NCBI GenBank assembly: GCA_963664705.1
Contig: OY761556.1
Location: forward strand, 2,496,001 to 2,560,000
Direction: 5' to 3'
From: Acidobacteriota bacterium
GTDB taxonomy: Bacteria > Acidobacteriota > UBA6911
DNA length: 64,000 bases
This document shows positions 1 through 8,951 of the stretch, piece after piece. The notes under the pieces were generated by a model. The model had not been told where the DNA came from. It worked only from the letters and a program-made list of their open reading frames with translations, and did not search any database. The translations under genes were made by a program, and so were the position numbers. Every line of letters begins with the position of its first letter. Positions within the stretch are counted from its first letter, which is position 1.

Positions 1-647
1 ATCTCGCGGTTGCCGCCGTTCAGAGCTTACAGGATTTGTGCGGATCTCTTGCACACTGCAGCGAGCTTTTGAGACAGGCGCCTGATAATTCTGATATTGT
101 CAGAAAAGTTGCGGACGACATTTCCAGCGATGCCAACCGCGGCATCAAACATGCCCGTCAATTCCTGCAATTGTCCAAGAAGCAGGAACGCAGCCCGGCA
201 CCCGTCAACCTGAACAAAATACTGACGGAAAATGCAGTCTTGATGCGCAGCCTGGTGGGAGAAGATATCGAGCTGCAAACCATCCTGCCGCGAAGAACTG
301 CACTCGTATCGGCCGATCGGCAGGAAATTATTCAGCTGATCTCCAACATGATTGCCAGCTCGCGGGAAGCGCTTCCTCTGGGAGGAAGCATCAGCATCGA
401 AATCACGTTATTGGACATCGATGCCGCGAACAAAATTTATCCATCATCCCTTCAGGCAGGAATCTACACTTGCATGAAAATAAGCGCCGATGGCTGCGCC
501 GTTCAGCCTGAAAGACGCACCGGGTCCATTCGAGCCATCCTGGAACGAATGGGAGGCTGGCTGGAAAGCACGCACACGCCGCACTCGGGCAACATACACA
601 CCATCTATCTGCCCAGGATTGAAGTCTGCGCCGAAACTGGAGAATAG
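1..647 (+). CDS. C-terminal part of a HisKA/HATPase-like protein, apparently catalytically degenerate (5' partial)
   Basis: Frame is open from base 3. Contains the VNLNKIL...LVGEDIEL and N-box-like QLISNMIASSREALPLGGSISI segments of CckA-type kinases and ends HTIYLPR. The H-box and G2 box are not recognisable. Confidence 0.7.
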   Translation, partial: LAVAAVQSLQDLCGSLAHCSELLRQAPDNSDIVRKVADDISSDANRGIKHARQFLQLSKKQERSPAPVNLNKILTENAVLMRSLVGEDIELQTILPRRTALVSADRQEIIQLISNMIASSREALPLGGSISIEITLLDIDAANKIYPSSLQAGIYTCMKISADGCAVQPERRTGSIRAILERMGGWLESTHTPHSGNIHTIYLPRIEVCAETGE

Positions 648-693
648 TCGGGAGCGCCGCCATGCAAGCAACCACGCCCATGGCCGGCGAGGC

Positions 694-808
694 GGCTAAT
701 GCCGCATATTATTTGTCGAGGGCGAAGCCCTTCGGAGTGCGGTGGCAAGCCACCGTCTTCGGCTTTTAGGATCTTCAAAGGCGGTGGCGCTTCCAGCCAC
801 GCACATAC
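694..808. repeat. REP/MITE-like dispersed repeat, copy 1
   Basis: GGCTAATGCCGCATATTATTTGTCGAGGGCGAAGCCCTT matches the reverse complement of 31902-31940 with 2 mismatches. Internal palindrome GGTGGCAAGCCACC. Confidence 0.7.
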
Positions 809-820
809 CGCGATAGCGCG

Positions 821-2521
821 CTATAAATGCGAACGATCAAATATTTCGCGCTGCGCTTTCAGCGGATCGTTTGCCACTTTGCATTCATTATCAAAAATCA
901 TCACGGGACGTTTTGCGGAATCGTATGGATCCCATTTCGGCAGGCCGCTTTTCTTCGAATTGGGGTTTCCAGTGCTCGCAAATGCGATCCAGGCTTCACT
1001 GACCTTGGCAGCCAGCCTTTTCGCTTCCGGAACGCCGCCCGTCAATGCAGCCCCACCCTCCTCCACATTGTCGAAGACAAGCGGCATTTCCAGGCCATGG
1101 GGGCTGAGGAACTTGCCATTGAAAATCGGAGTTTCCCAATCCAGCCGGTAGAGATACGCCGGCGCGCGGCCGAGAGTCGCCTTTCTTTCGGCAATCTTCA
1201 CCGACCCCGCTCCCATCATGGAATAACTGGAAATATAAAAGTAGATGCCGGAGGGAGACAGTTTCGGATACTCCGAACGATATACCTTGATCAGTTCCTC
1301 CGCATCCTTCCCGACCAGCAGTGCAACTCTCTTCTTCAGCCCATCCTCATCAAGGGCGAAAACCTGCGCATCTCCCAGTGAAAAAACAGTGGATTCCGTT
1401 TTATTCCATCCGACCATGACCGGAACATCTTCAGATATGCGCGTAGCCGATGGGTCAAAGGGATGCGCCGGCAAAATCTTGGGGTCGAGAACCGGACCGA
1501 AGGGACCGCTGCCAAGCCCTCCACCGCCCTTATACTTTGCCGTGGCTGAAAAGTAGGCGGAAAGGATTTTGTCTGTAGTGAAATTTTGAATTTCCGGGAG
1601 ACGGGCTGCGCTCAATCCCAATTCGGCAAGGAGCAGCTCCGCAACCCTGGTCGCAGATTCCCGTTCCGCCATTCGCAAACCAGGCCCGCTTTCAATGACG
1701 GCGGAATGAAACAGCCCTTTTGCCGGGGGACAGGCCAGTAGCATGGAGACTTTGGCCCCGCCACCCGATTCGCCGAATATCATGACGCGCTTCGGGTCTC
1801 CCCCAAACCGCTCGATATTATCTCGGACCCATTCCAGGGCAGCCACGATGTCCAGTTGCCCCGCGTTTCCCGAATAGGCAAATTCCGGGTGACCCAAATC
1901 TCCGAGATGAGTATAGCCAAAAACATTCAGACGATGATTGACTCCCACCATTACAACATCGCCCCGTCTGGCCAGATTTGATCCATCGTAGAGCAAATCG
2001 GACGCAGCACCCTGGCTGAATCCTCCCCCATGAAGCCAGACCATTACCGGTCGTTTCTTTGTTGCGCCCAAGCCGGGAGTCCAGACATTTAGAAACAGGC
2101 AATCCTCGCTCTCCGGAGGTGGAACTCGAAATCCATCCGATCCGGCCAGAATCTGCGTCATCTCGGTTTCCGGAGCGGCAATGCCCCGAGTGGACGGATT
2201 CGTCTGGGGAGCTTTGTACCCAAAGGAAGTGGCATCGCGCACGCCGCTCCAGGGCACCGGTTTTTGAGGCGGAAGAAACCTGTTTTTTGCAGCAGTGGAG
2301 GCACCATAGCGGACACCTCTAAAAGTGTATATTCCATTACTCAGGAAGCCACGGACTTTGCCATATACCGTCTCCACAATCGGATCGCCTACTACCGGCC
2401 CCGCAGCTCCGAGGAGTCCTGGAATGGAATAGGTTGTGGCAAACATACCGGCTGCAACCGCTGTCCCACCAATAAACTTTCGTCGGTCAATCTTCATATT
2501 TCGCATTGCATTATCGGACAC
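821..2521 (-). CDS. Type B carboxylesterase (pnbA-like) with Tat signal peptide
   Basis: SEDCLFLNVWTP, WLHGGGF and GESGG nucleophile motifs, twin-arginine DRRKFIGG. GTG start at 2521 lies 7 nt after AGGAGG. Confidence 0.92.
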   Translation of the reverse strand: MSDNAMRNMKIDRRKFIGGTAVAAGMFATTYSIPGLLGAAGPVVGDPIVETVYGKVRGFLSNGIYTFRGVRYGASTAAKNRFLPPQKPVPWSGVRDATSFGYKAPQTNPSTRGIAAPETEMTQILAGSDGFRVPPPESEDCLFLNVWTPGLGATKKRPVMVWLHGGGFSQGAASDLLYDGSNLARRGDVVMVGVNHRLNVFGYTHLGDLGHPEFAYSGNAGQLDIVAALEWVRDNIERFGGDPKRVMIFGESGGGAKVSMLLACPPAKGLFHSAVIESGPGLRMAERESATRVAELLLAELGLSAARLPEIQNFTTDKILSAYFSATAKYKGGGGLGSGPFGPVLDPKILPAHPFDPSATRISEDVPVMVGWNKTESTVFSLGDAQVFALDEDGLKKRVALLVGKDAEELIKVYRSEYPKLSPSGIYFYISSYSMMGAGSVKIAERKATLGRAPAYLYRLDWETPIFNGKFLSPHGLEMPLVFDNVEEGGAALTGGVPEAKRLAAKVSEAWIAFASTGNPNSKKSGLPKWDPYDSAKRPVMIFDNECKVANDPLKAQREIFDRSHL

Positions 2522-2625
2522 GAGAGAACCTCCTATTGCTGATGTAATGAATCGCACACCGACCTGGCACCGAATACAATCCGACTTCCCGGTTCGATCC
2601 AATAACTGGAATCCGGCAATCGTCA

Positions 2626-3453
2626 CTACACAGCCCGCAGAACAGTAATAAGATAACCTCCATTCCTATCACGTTCGTCTCCGGTCTGCTCATATACATC
2701 TTCCAACACACGGGATCGAAAAAAAGCTGAGGCCATCAGCCGGAACCATTGAGCCGGGATTCGGCCATCAACCGGGGAATCCAGCGATCCCTCTTCGAAA
2801 GACACATGGGAAAGCTCCATTGGAGATAGTTCGTGGCGCCGCATGGTGGCATATTCCACGCGGACGCAGATGCCACCGCGAACCAGTATCTGGCGCAGAT
2901 TTTTGGAAATGATTCTTCCCTGCTCCAATCCGGACTGATTTGCCTTTGCATCCATTTCCTTCACGCTGTCCGAATCATCATCCACGGTGAGGGAAAGGCT
3001 TCTGGCAACTCTGCGATCGCTCTCGTCAAGGAGACCGGAGCGCGGGCCCGGACCGTCTTTGCTGGCGAAAGGAACCATGTTGGGAAAGCAGAAGACAACC
3101 AGATCCGCTTTCCCACGCATCACTTTGAAATCAGGAAGCCGTGTTTCAATCAGAGAGATCCGGTCCAGACATTTTTGCGGCAACTGTGCCATGTGGTGCA
3201 ATGCTTTCTGCAGCATGAACGCGGACCCATCCAGCCCGACCAGCTTTGATTTCTCAAATCGACGGCTGAGCAGTCCCAGCAGGTGTCCCGGGCCGCAGGC
3301 ATAGTCCACGATTATCCCTGGGTCCTGGACATACGAATCTCTTATGAAGTCTGCAATCTTTCTGTAGGCGCGGGCATGGACCGAATCCTGCGAATGCTGC
3401 AGCCACCAATGCCCAACTTCACCATTGTAGGCAAATCTGTTCTTGTCGCGCAT
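2626..3453 (-). CDS. Class I SAM-dependent methyltransferase
   Basis: Motif I VDYACGPG followed by VGLDGS. Confidence 0.8.
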   Translation of the reverse strand: MRDKNRFAYNGEVGHWWLQHSQDSVHARAYRKIADFIRDSYVQDPGIIVDYACGPGHLLGLLSRRFEKSKLVGLDGSAFMLQKALHHMAQLPQKCLDRISLIETRLPDFKVMRGKADLVVFCFPNMVPFASKDGPGPRSGLLDESDRRVARSLSLTVDDDSDSVKEMDAKANQSGLEQGRIISKNLRQILVRGGICVRVEYATMRRHELSPMELSHVSFEEGSLDSPVDGRIPAQWFRLMASAFFRSRVLEDVYEQTGDERDRNGGYLITVLRAV

Positions 3454-3543
3454 ATGGGACCCATTATAGCCTCGATGTGTAATAATGGAGACTTACTTGA
3501 TAAAAATGCAAATCCATCCAACCCTCAACCGAGGAGGTATCAG

Positions 3544-4074
3544 ATGACCAGGCGGGCTTGCGCGGCAGCATTTGTGCTATTGATTGCGGGGACATTTGCT
3601 TTTCGTTCCGTATCCGGCGGGGAAAAGGCCACCATTTCCGAGCGTCTCCAGAGGCTGGAAGACCGTGAAGAGATACGGGAACTGCTGATGAATTATGGAA
3701 AGTTCCTGGACCAGAGGGATTTCGCCTCCTTCTCAGGGCTTTTTGCCGAGAAGGATGGAGAGTGGATTGGCGGGCTGGGAAAGGCCAAGAGTCGCGATTC
3801 CATCCGCAAACTAATGGAAAGTACCATTGGAAGCGGCAGCGCCGGCGGACCCAATTGTCACGTGTTTACCAATGAAATGATCCAGGTGGATGGAAGCCGG
3901 GCAAAAGCCCTCACCAAGTGGATCTTTATGATTCAAAACAGTTCCAAGCAGCCTCAGCCTTATTATGTCGGCCACTACGACGATATGTTCATCAAAGAGA
4001 ATGGCCGATGGAAATTTCTCAAACGGACGGTCTACAGCGATATTCCACCCGATGAACCCTCATCACGCAAATGA
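3544..4074 (+). CDS. Secreted SnoaL/NTF2-like protein
   Basis: GAGGAGG RBS before ATG 3544, signal peptide, RLEDREEIRELLMNYGKFLD and GHYDDMFIKENGRWKF patterns. Confidence 0.85.
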   Translation: MTRRACAAAFVLLIAGTFAFRSVSGGEKATISERLQRLEDREEIRELLMNYGKFLDQRDFASFSGLFAEKDGEWIGGLGKAKSRDSIRKLMESTIGSGSAGGPNCHVFTNEMIQVDGSRAKALTKWIFMIQNSSKQPQPYYVGHYDDMFIKENGRWKFLKRTVYSDIPPDEPSSRK

Positions 4075-5444
4075 ACCGACCCAGTTTCAGATGGAATTGC
4101 CGTTGAGAGGTCGCCCGAATTAGTCTTTACGGAGAGCGCCTGTGGACCAAATTGAATCCCGATTTTGTGCAGAAAATTGTTCGGAGCGACCCCGCCGGCA
4201 AATACCCAGACAAAGTCATTCTTTATTTCTTTTCGTGTGCCGGAGCAATCCAGCACGACGCTCCCCTCTCTGAATTCAACCGGATTTGAACTAAACCAAA
4301 CCTGTATCCGACCCGAGCGCATGTATTGTCCGATGCGCTTTGCATTTCGATCCTTCAACCGGCTGAATACTTCCCCGCGATAGGAAAGCGTTATCCGGTT
4401 TCCTTTTTGATTAGCTAATCCCGTTGCAGCCTCAATGGCGCTATCCCCTCCTCCGACCACCAGAATTTGCCGGTTCGTATAAGCCTCTGCCTCGACAAGT
4501 CGATACATAACCTTCGGCAGTTCTTCTCCCTTTATTCCCAGTTTGCGTGGCGTACCGCTTCGGCCAATCGCCAGGACAATGGCGCGAGCTCTGTATTGTC
4601 CTTTCGGAGTAGTGATTTCAAATATCCCATCTTCAGCCTTTTTGATATCCTCCACGCCTTCGTTGGTTCGCGCCATAAAGTCTCCACGTTTGCCGACCTT
4701 GGCCCAGAAATCGAGAATCTCCTCCTTTGAAAGAGCCATCTTTTTGAATTTTCCGTACAGCGGAAAATGCACGGGACTGGTCATGACCAGCTTTTGCCGC
4801 GGATACTTGGAAACGGTCCCGCCAATTTCACTCTGCTCCAGCGTCAGATATCGCAGGCCGTTTTCGATGGCGCGCAGAGATGCGCTGATGCCCGCAGGGC
4901 CTGCGCCGACAATACACACATCAAACGCGCTCGCGTCCGTTCCCGGCGCACTGCTGCGCATTCGTCCGGCAATAGTATCGATGCAATCACGCCCCTCGTT
5001 CACCGCATTCTTGATCAGCGCCAGGCCTCCCAGCTCTCCCGCAATAAAGAGTCCGGAAATGCTGGTTTCGTGTTCCGACGAAAGATACGGCAGATCTGCG
5101 TTCATGCTGGGCGCCGCGTTTATCATTTTTATGGCACCAACAGGGCAGGCATCGGCGCACAATGCATGACCAATGCACTTGTGTCCGTTGATGATTGTGG
5201 CCTTGCCTTTCAAGACAGCAAGAACATCCCCTTCCGGACAGGCTCTGACACAGCTGCCGCAACCGATGCAGGTGGAGACATCAATGCTCGGGTGCTGCGC
5301 CCGGGGCCCCTCGGCAAACAGCTTTCCCTTCTCCGTGGATTGAAGCGTACGAACCCTGTTGGATCGCAGGCGCCATAGATATATGAAAAGAGGCACGGCA
5401 AAGATGATAATCGTGAGGATATAGCCCGGCAGCAAATCTGTCAT
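4032..5444 (-). CDS. Membrane-anchored 2x[4Fe-4S] ferredoxin fused to a thioredoxin-reductase-like FAD/NAD(P)H oxidoreductase
   Basis: N-terminal TM helix, CIGCGSCVRACP and CIGHALCADACP, FAD motif VGAGPAG, NAD(P) motif VGGGDSA. Confidence 0.88.
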   Translation of the reverse strand: MTDLLPGYILTIIIFAVPLFIYLWRLRSNRVRTLQSTEKGKLFAEGPRAQHPSIDVSTCIGCGSCVRACPEGDVLAVLKGKATIINGHKCIGHALCADACPVGAIKMINAAPSMNADLPYLSSEHETSISGLFIAGELGGLALIKNAVNEGRDCIDTIAGRMRSSAPGTDASAFDVCIVGAGPAGISASLRAIENGLRYLTLEQSEIGGTVSKYPRQKLVMTSPVHFPLYGKFKKMALSKEEILDFWAKVGKRGDFMARTNEGVEDIKKAEDGIFEITTPKGQYRARAIVLAIGRSGTPRKLGIKGEELPKVMYRLVEAEAYTNRQILVVGGGDSAIEAATGLANQKGNRITLSYRGEVFSRLKDRNAKRIGQYMRSGRIQVWFSSNPVEFREGSVVLDCSGTRKEIKNDFVWVFAGGVAPNNFLHKIGIQFGPQALSVKTNSGDLSTAIPSETGSVHLRDEGSSGGISL

Positions 5445-5497
5445 TGTGAGCCCGATTCACAAGTCCTGTATACAATCGTAAAGCATCCGGCAATTGT

Positions 5498-6448
5498 TTA
5501 GAAGTACCCGAACCATGTCACGACGCTCACATGAATGATCACGAAAAATGCGAAGGAGATGCTGAAGGGTCTATGAATCACATGCCACCCGTAAAACACG
5601 CGCTGGGTTTGAGACAGAAATAGAATTCGCTTCGATAATGCAGCCTGCCTGGAAGCGAGACGAACGGCCTTCTCAAGCTCTGCGTCCGAGCTGTGGATTA
5701 CTCCTCCCAGCAAAGCGGACCGGCCGGAAGCCTTGATTCCCTGCCGCCGCAGCCTCCAAACCATGAACGGTCGAGCAATATCCAGCAGAACCATGCGCAT
5801 CAGCGCACGGTACAGCGGGATGGACTGAATCTCGCCAATTGCGGGCAATCGCAGCAGTTCTTCTATTCGGAAGAAAGGCAGTGCTTTCTGGGACCGTAAC
5901 TGTTCAACCAGGTCATTCTTGAGATCCTCCATCTCCTTCAATGACAATTCCGCGGCGCCGATGTTCCTGGGAATCTGCGCATAAAAATAGCGACCGATCA
6001 TACCGCTGATCACCAGCGCCATCATTGTCCAATAAGCCATACCGGCAAACCCGTGCAGTTTGAAGGCAGAATGAAATGTAATCAGAACGGGGGCGGTTAA
6101 CCCGAAAAGGACATGGTAGTCGAACCAATTGCGTGTCTTGCCAAAACGCCCCAGAAACGCCCAGTGTTTCCTCAGAGGATAGAGATAAACCATGGCAAGG
6201 AACGTGAAGCCGCACATTCCCAGCCGAATCCCGATATTCCCACTCGGCTTCAAATAGACATGTTTGGGTGAAAAGGGTCGCGCAGTCAGATCAAGGAAAT
6301 AGTAATCCCACCCATACGCAATCAGGCTGATCCCAATACAGACAACAGCAGCCCCAATTGCGATGATCCCCAGTCTCCTGCCGATTCCTTGTCCGACGCT
6401 CAGCGCCGGCGCAGCTCTATCTGAGTCCATATCGATCGATTCGTTCAC
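5498..6448 (-). CDS. Inner-membrane protein with conserved histidines (cytochrome b/ferric-reductase-like)
   Basis: Several TM helices carrying WFDYHVLFG, TFHS, WHVIH and IIHV. GTG start overlaps the upstream TGA (GTGA). Confidence 0.75.
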   Translation of the reverse strand: MNESIDMDSDRAAPALSVGQGIGRRLGIIAIGAAVVCIGISLIAYGWDYYFLDLTARPFSPKHVYLKPSGNIGIRLGMCGFTFLAMVYLYPLRKHWAFLGRFGKTRNWFDYHVLFGLTAPVLITFHSAFKLHGFAGMAYWTMMALVISGMIGRYFYAQIPRNIGAAELSLKEMEDLKNDLVEQLRSQKALPFFRIEELLRLPAIGEIQSIPLYRALMRMVLLDIARPFMVWRLRRQGIKASGRSALLGGVIHSSDAELEKAVRLASRQAALSKRILFLSQTQRVFYGWHVIHRPFSISFAFFVIIHVSVVTWFGYF

Positions 6449-7239
6449 CGGGATGTCCTCTCGATAGCCTGTACATTGAAGCGCCTGTATTGAGAATAGT
6501 GATGGATGTTGCGCCAATGCTGGAATCCGGTCTCGATCTCGATCAGGCTTCGCGACGGAAGCCATCGCGCCAAATTCGCGGAGAGTTTCTGGAGCTTATA
6601 ATTCACCTCCACTTTGAACTTCATTACATTAATTTCCCTCATTGGAGCGATCAGGTTCGCACTCATTCCTGTGACAATACCGGTGTCCGGTTCAATTACA
6701 GCCGTACCAATCAGCTCAAGCGGATATATCCGCCCCTGAACGGTGATCGCGGCCGTGGAAGGCGTTCCGGAAATATGTTCAAATCGGATATGCAGGGCTC
6801 CATCCCGGGTTGTCTCCGGATCCATCTGGAAGCGATAATTGGATTGATGCACCGGATGAAAGATCATCAGCATCGTCGGAAATCCATTTGTGCTAAGAAG
6901 TGCAGGCGCCTCCGCCCTATCCGCTCTTTTGCCCAGCGGAAGGCGAACTTCTTCTACCGTCAGATCCTCATCTTCCTTTCGCGTAATGGCGAGGTAGTCA
7001 AAAACCGAATCCTGCTGGTATTCGATCTTCCCGTTCTTTGCGATCTTTTCCTGGCTGATTGATTCAGTGCAGCTAAACGAAGAGACCTCCGCCCAGAAGG
7101 AACTGACGACCGCTCCGGCTTTTCGGAGCACTTCCTCGATGGAGGGATCCTTTACCTCCGATCCTGCGACACCGGGTACTGCCGCAGCCCCCAGTGAAAT
7201 CGCAATCAACAGGCACGTCCGAATCAGGTTATTCCTCAT
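6445..7239 (-). CDS. Secreted hypothetical beta-rich protein
   Basis: Signal peptide, translationally coupled to both neighbours. Confidence 0.7.
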   Translation of the reverse strand: MRNNLIRTCLLIAISLGAAAVPGVAGSEVKDPSIEEVLRKAGAVVSSFWAEVSSFSCTESISQEKIAKNGKIEYQQDSVFDYLAITRKEDEDLTVEEVRLPLGKRADRAEAPALLSTNGFPTMLMIFHPVHQSNYRFQMDPETTRDGALHIRFEHISGTPSTAAITVQGRIYPLELIGTAVIEPDTGIVTGMSANLIAPMREINVMKFKVEVNYKLQKLSANLARWLPSRSLIEIETGFQHWRNIHHYSQYRRFNVQAIERTSR

Positions 7240-8942
7240 TGCGATCTCTTGTGGTTATCAAAGCGATATCCCAGGTTTACAAAGTACTGGTTGTATCGCT
7301 GTACCTGGCCGCGGTAGGCAGTGATACCGATTCCCATGATGTAGTGGGCTCCCACATACCAGTCGAATGTACCGTTGATAAACCGGGCACGGCTCTGATC
7401 GGTAAACTGCGACGAGAGTGCCTGCTGACCCAGTTGCACTTCGAATCGGAACCCCTCGCCAACCTGTCGATCCGCAGTGAATGTCTGGTAGGTGCCGCGG
7501 CCAAATGAACTGTCGAAGCGGGAATACCTGTAATCAGCCCGGACGCCCGAATGCAATATGTCTCCCAGGGACGCTCCGGCCAGATAATTCCAGGAGGCGC
7601 GATTATCCCCGGTTCGGCTGCTCCGTCCCGTATTCCCATACACGCTGAATCTGTAAGGCAAAGATAGACGAATACCCCCATTCAGCCCCTGGAACAGGAA
7701 CTTATCCAGCAATCCCGTACCAATCAACCGGATATCAAACGTGGGAACATTCCGGAAATAATTTTCATTGATATCGAAAGCAATGATGGGATGCGGCTGG
7801 ATTCGCACCGTGACATAGCTGCGGCTAAGTTTGACTTCCCGATTGTTTCCGGTTTGAGATCGCGTCAGCAGATCGACTTCCTGGTTGCTGTAGACTGAAA
7901 AATGCGATTTGTAAAATATTCCATTTTCGAAAAACGCAAACTGCCGGTCCGGCTGCCAATGCACGCGTGAGATTGCGATTCCGGAGGTACTGCTAAAGCG
8001 CACGGCATCAAAGCTGCCTCGTTCCATATTAAAAAAGGCGCCCCCAATGGTGCGGTTCCGATCGTAATTCCATGAGGAGGGATCCGGAGTCGTTCCTCCG
8101 AATGCACCGAGGGTCTGTCGACCCACGCGCCGCCCCACATAAAATCCGTCAATCGTGCTGAGGCTTGCGGCCCATGGCACATAGAGCCGGCCGAATCCTG
8201 CCATCCAGTTGCTCTTCGGACTATCGTAGTTAATGCTGAATGTGTACGTGCGATTAATAAGATCGGAGAGCGTTTCCTGCTGATAATCCTTCCTCATCTG
8301 ATAGCGCCCACGGTGATATCCGTGCACACTCCAGTAGGATCCACCCAGACGCGTGGCATCCAGCCGAAGCATGAACCCGAACTGCGAGGACTGCACGCCG
8401 GTGCCCGGGATCTGCAGGAAACTGGTATCGGCTCCAATACGCGCCCGAACCCGGTTTACCTCGGGCAATGGCGGTTTGGGAATACTCTCCCGCATTTCCT
8501 GTAATGGCGGCGCGCCTTCAGTGAAAGCCGCGATCTGCGGATACTTTCGAACCTCGCGCATCATCGATTCCTGCCGAAGCATCTGCCGGTCTCCCGGCCG
8601 AAAATAGGCGGCGTCTCCCGGCACGATTTCGGATTTGGATGAAACAATTCTACCCGCCGCGGAGGTCGCGGCCACTGACTCGATCTCGATTTCACCAACC
8701 GTCATCGCTTCGGCAAACGCCTCGTCAGATTCTTTGCGGCGGATCGAGAGAATCTGTCCCTCCGCCAGGCCGGCTCCGCTTCCCGCCTCAAGGTAAACAG
8801 CGTTATCGTGAACAAATTTTACGCGAAATCCGCCGGATGAATCGGGCCCGGCCATGACTATCCGGTACGAATTGAAAGCGAGGACAAGCAGCCACAACAT
8901 CGTTGCTGTTCCTGATTGCCCGAAATGCCTGCAGCGAATCAT
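7236..8942 (-). CDS. Outer-membrane beta-barrel (porin of a porin-cytochrome complex) with small N-terminal beta-domain
   Basis: Signal peptide, amphipathic aromatic/Gly beta-strands, near-terminal YFVNLGYRF beta-signal, adjacent to multiheme cytochrome genes. Confidence 0.78.
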   Translation of the reverse strand: MIRCRHFGQSGTATMLWLLVLAFNSYRIVMAGPDSSGGFRVKFVHDNAVYLEAGSGAGLAEGQILSIRRKESDEAFAEAMTVGEIEIESVAATSAAGRIVSSKSEIVPGDAAYFRPGDRQMLRQESMMREVRKYPQIAAFTEGAPPLQEMRESIPKPPLPEVNRVRARIGADTSFLQIPGTGVQSSQFGFMLRLDATRLGGSYWSVHGYHRGRYQMRKDYQQETLSDLINRTYTFSINYDSPKSNWMAGFGRLYVPWAASLSTIDGFYVGRRVGRQTLGAFGGTTPDPSSWNYDRNRTIGGAFFNMERGSFDAVRFSSTSGIAISRVHWQPDRQFAFFENGIFYKSHFSVYSNQEVDLLTRSQTGNNREVKLSRSYVTVRIQPHPIIAFDINENYFRNVPTFDIRLIGTGLLDKFLFQGLNGGIRLSLPYRFSVYGNTGRSSRTGDNRASWNYLAGASLGDILHSGVRADYRYSRFDSSFGRGTYQTFTADRQVGEGFRFEVQLGQQALSSQFTDQSRARFINGTFDWYVGAHYIMGIGITAYRGQVQRYNQYFVNLGYRFDNHKRSQ

Positions 8943-8951
8943 AGGAGCCTC

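Noticed and set aside
5444-5462. Rex/CRP-like palindrome TTGTGA-GCCCGA-TTCACAA at the flavoprotein start
   Set aside because: Spacing is one base longer than the Rex or CRP consensus and it lies inside an operon; not supportable without more copies.
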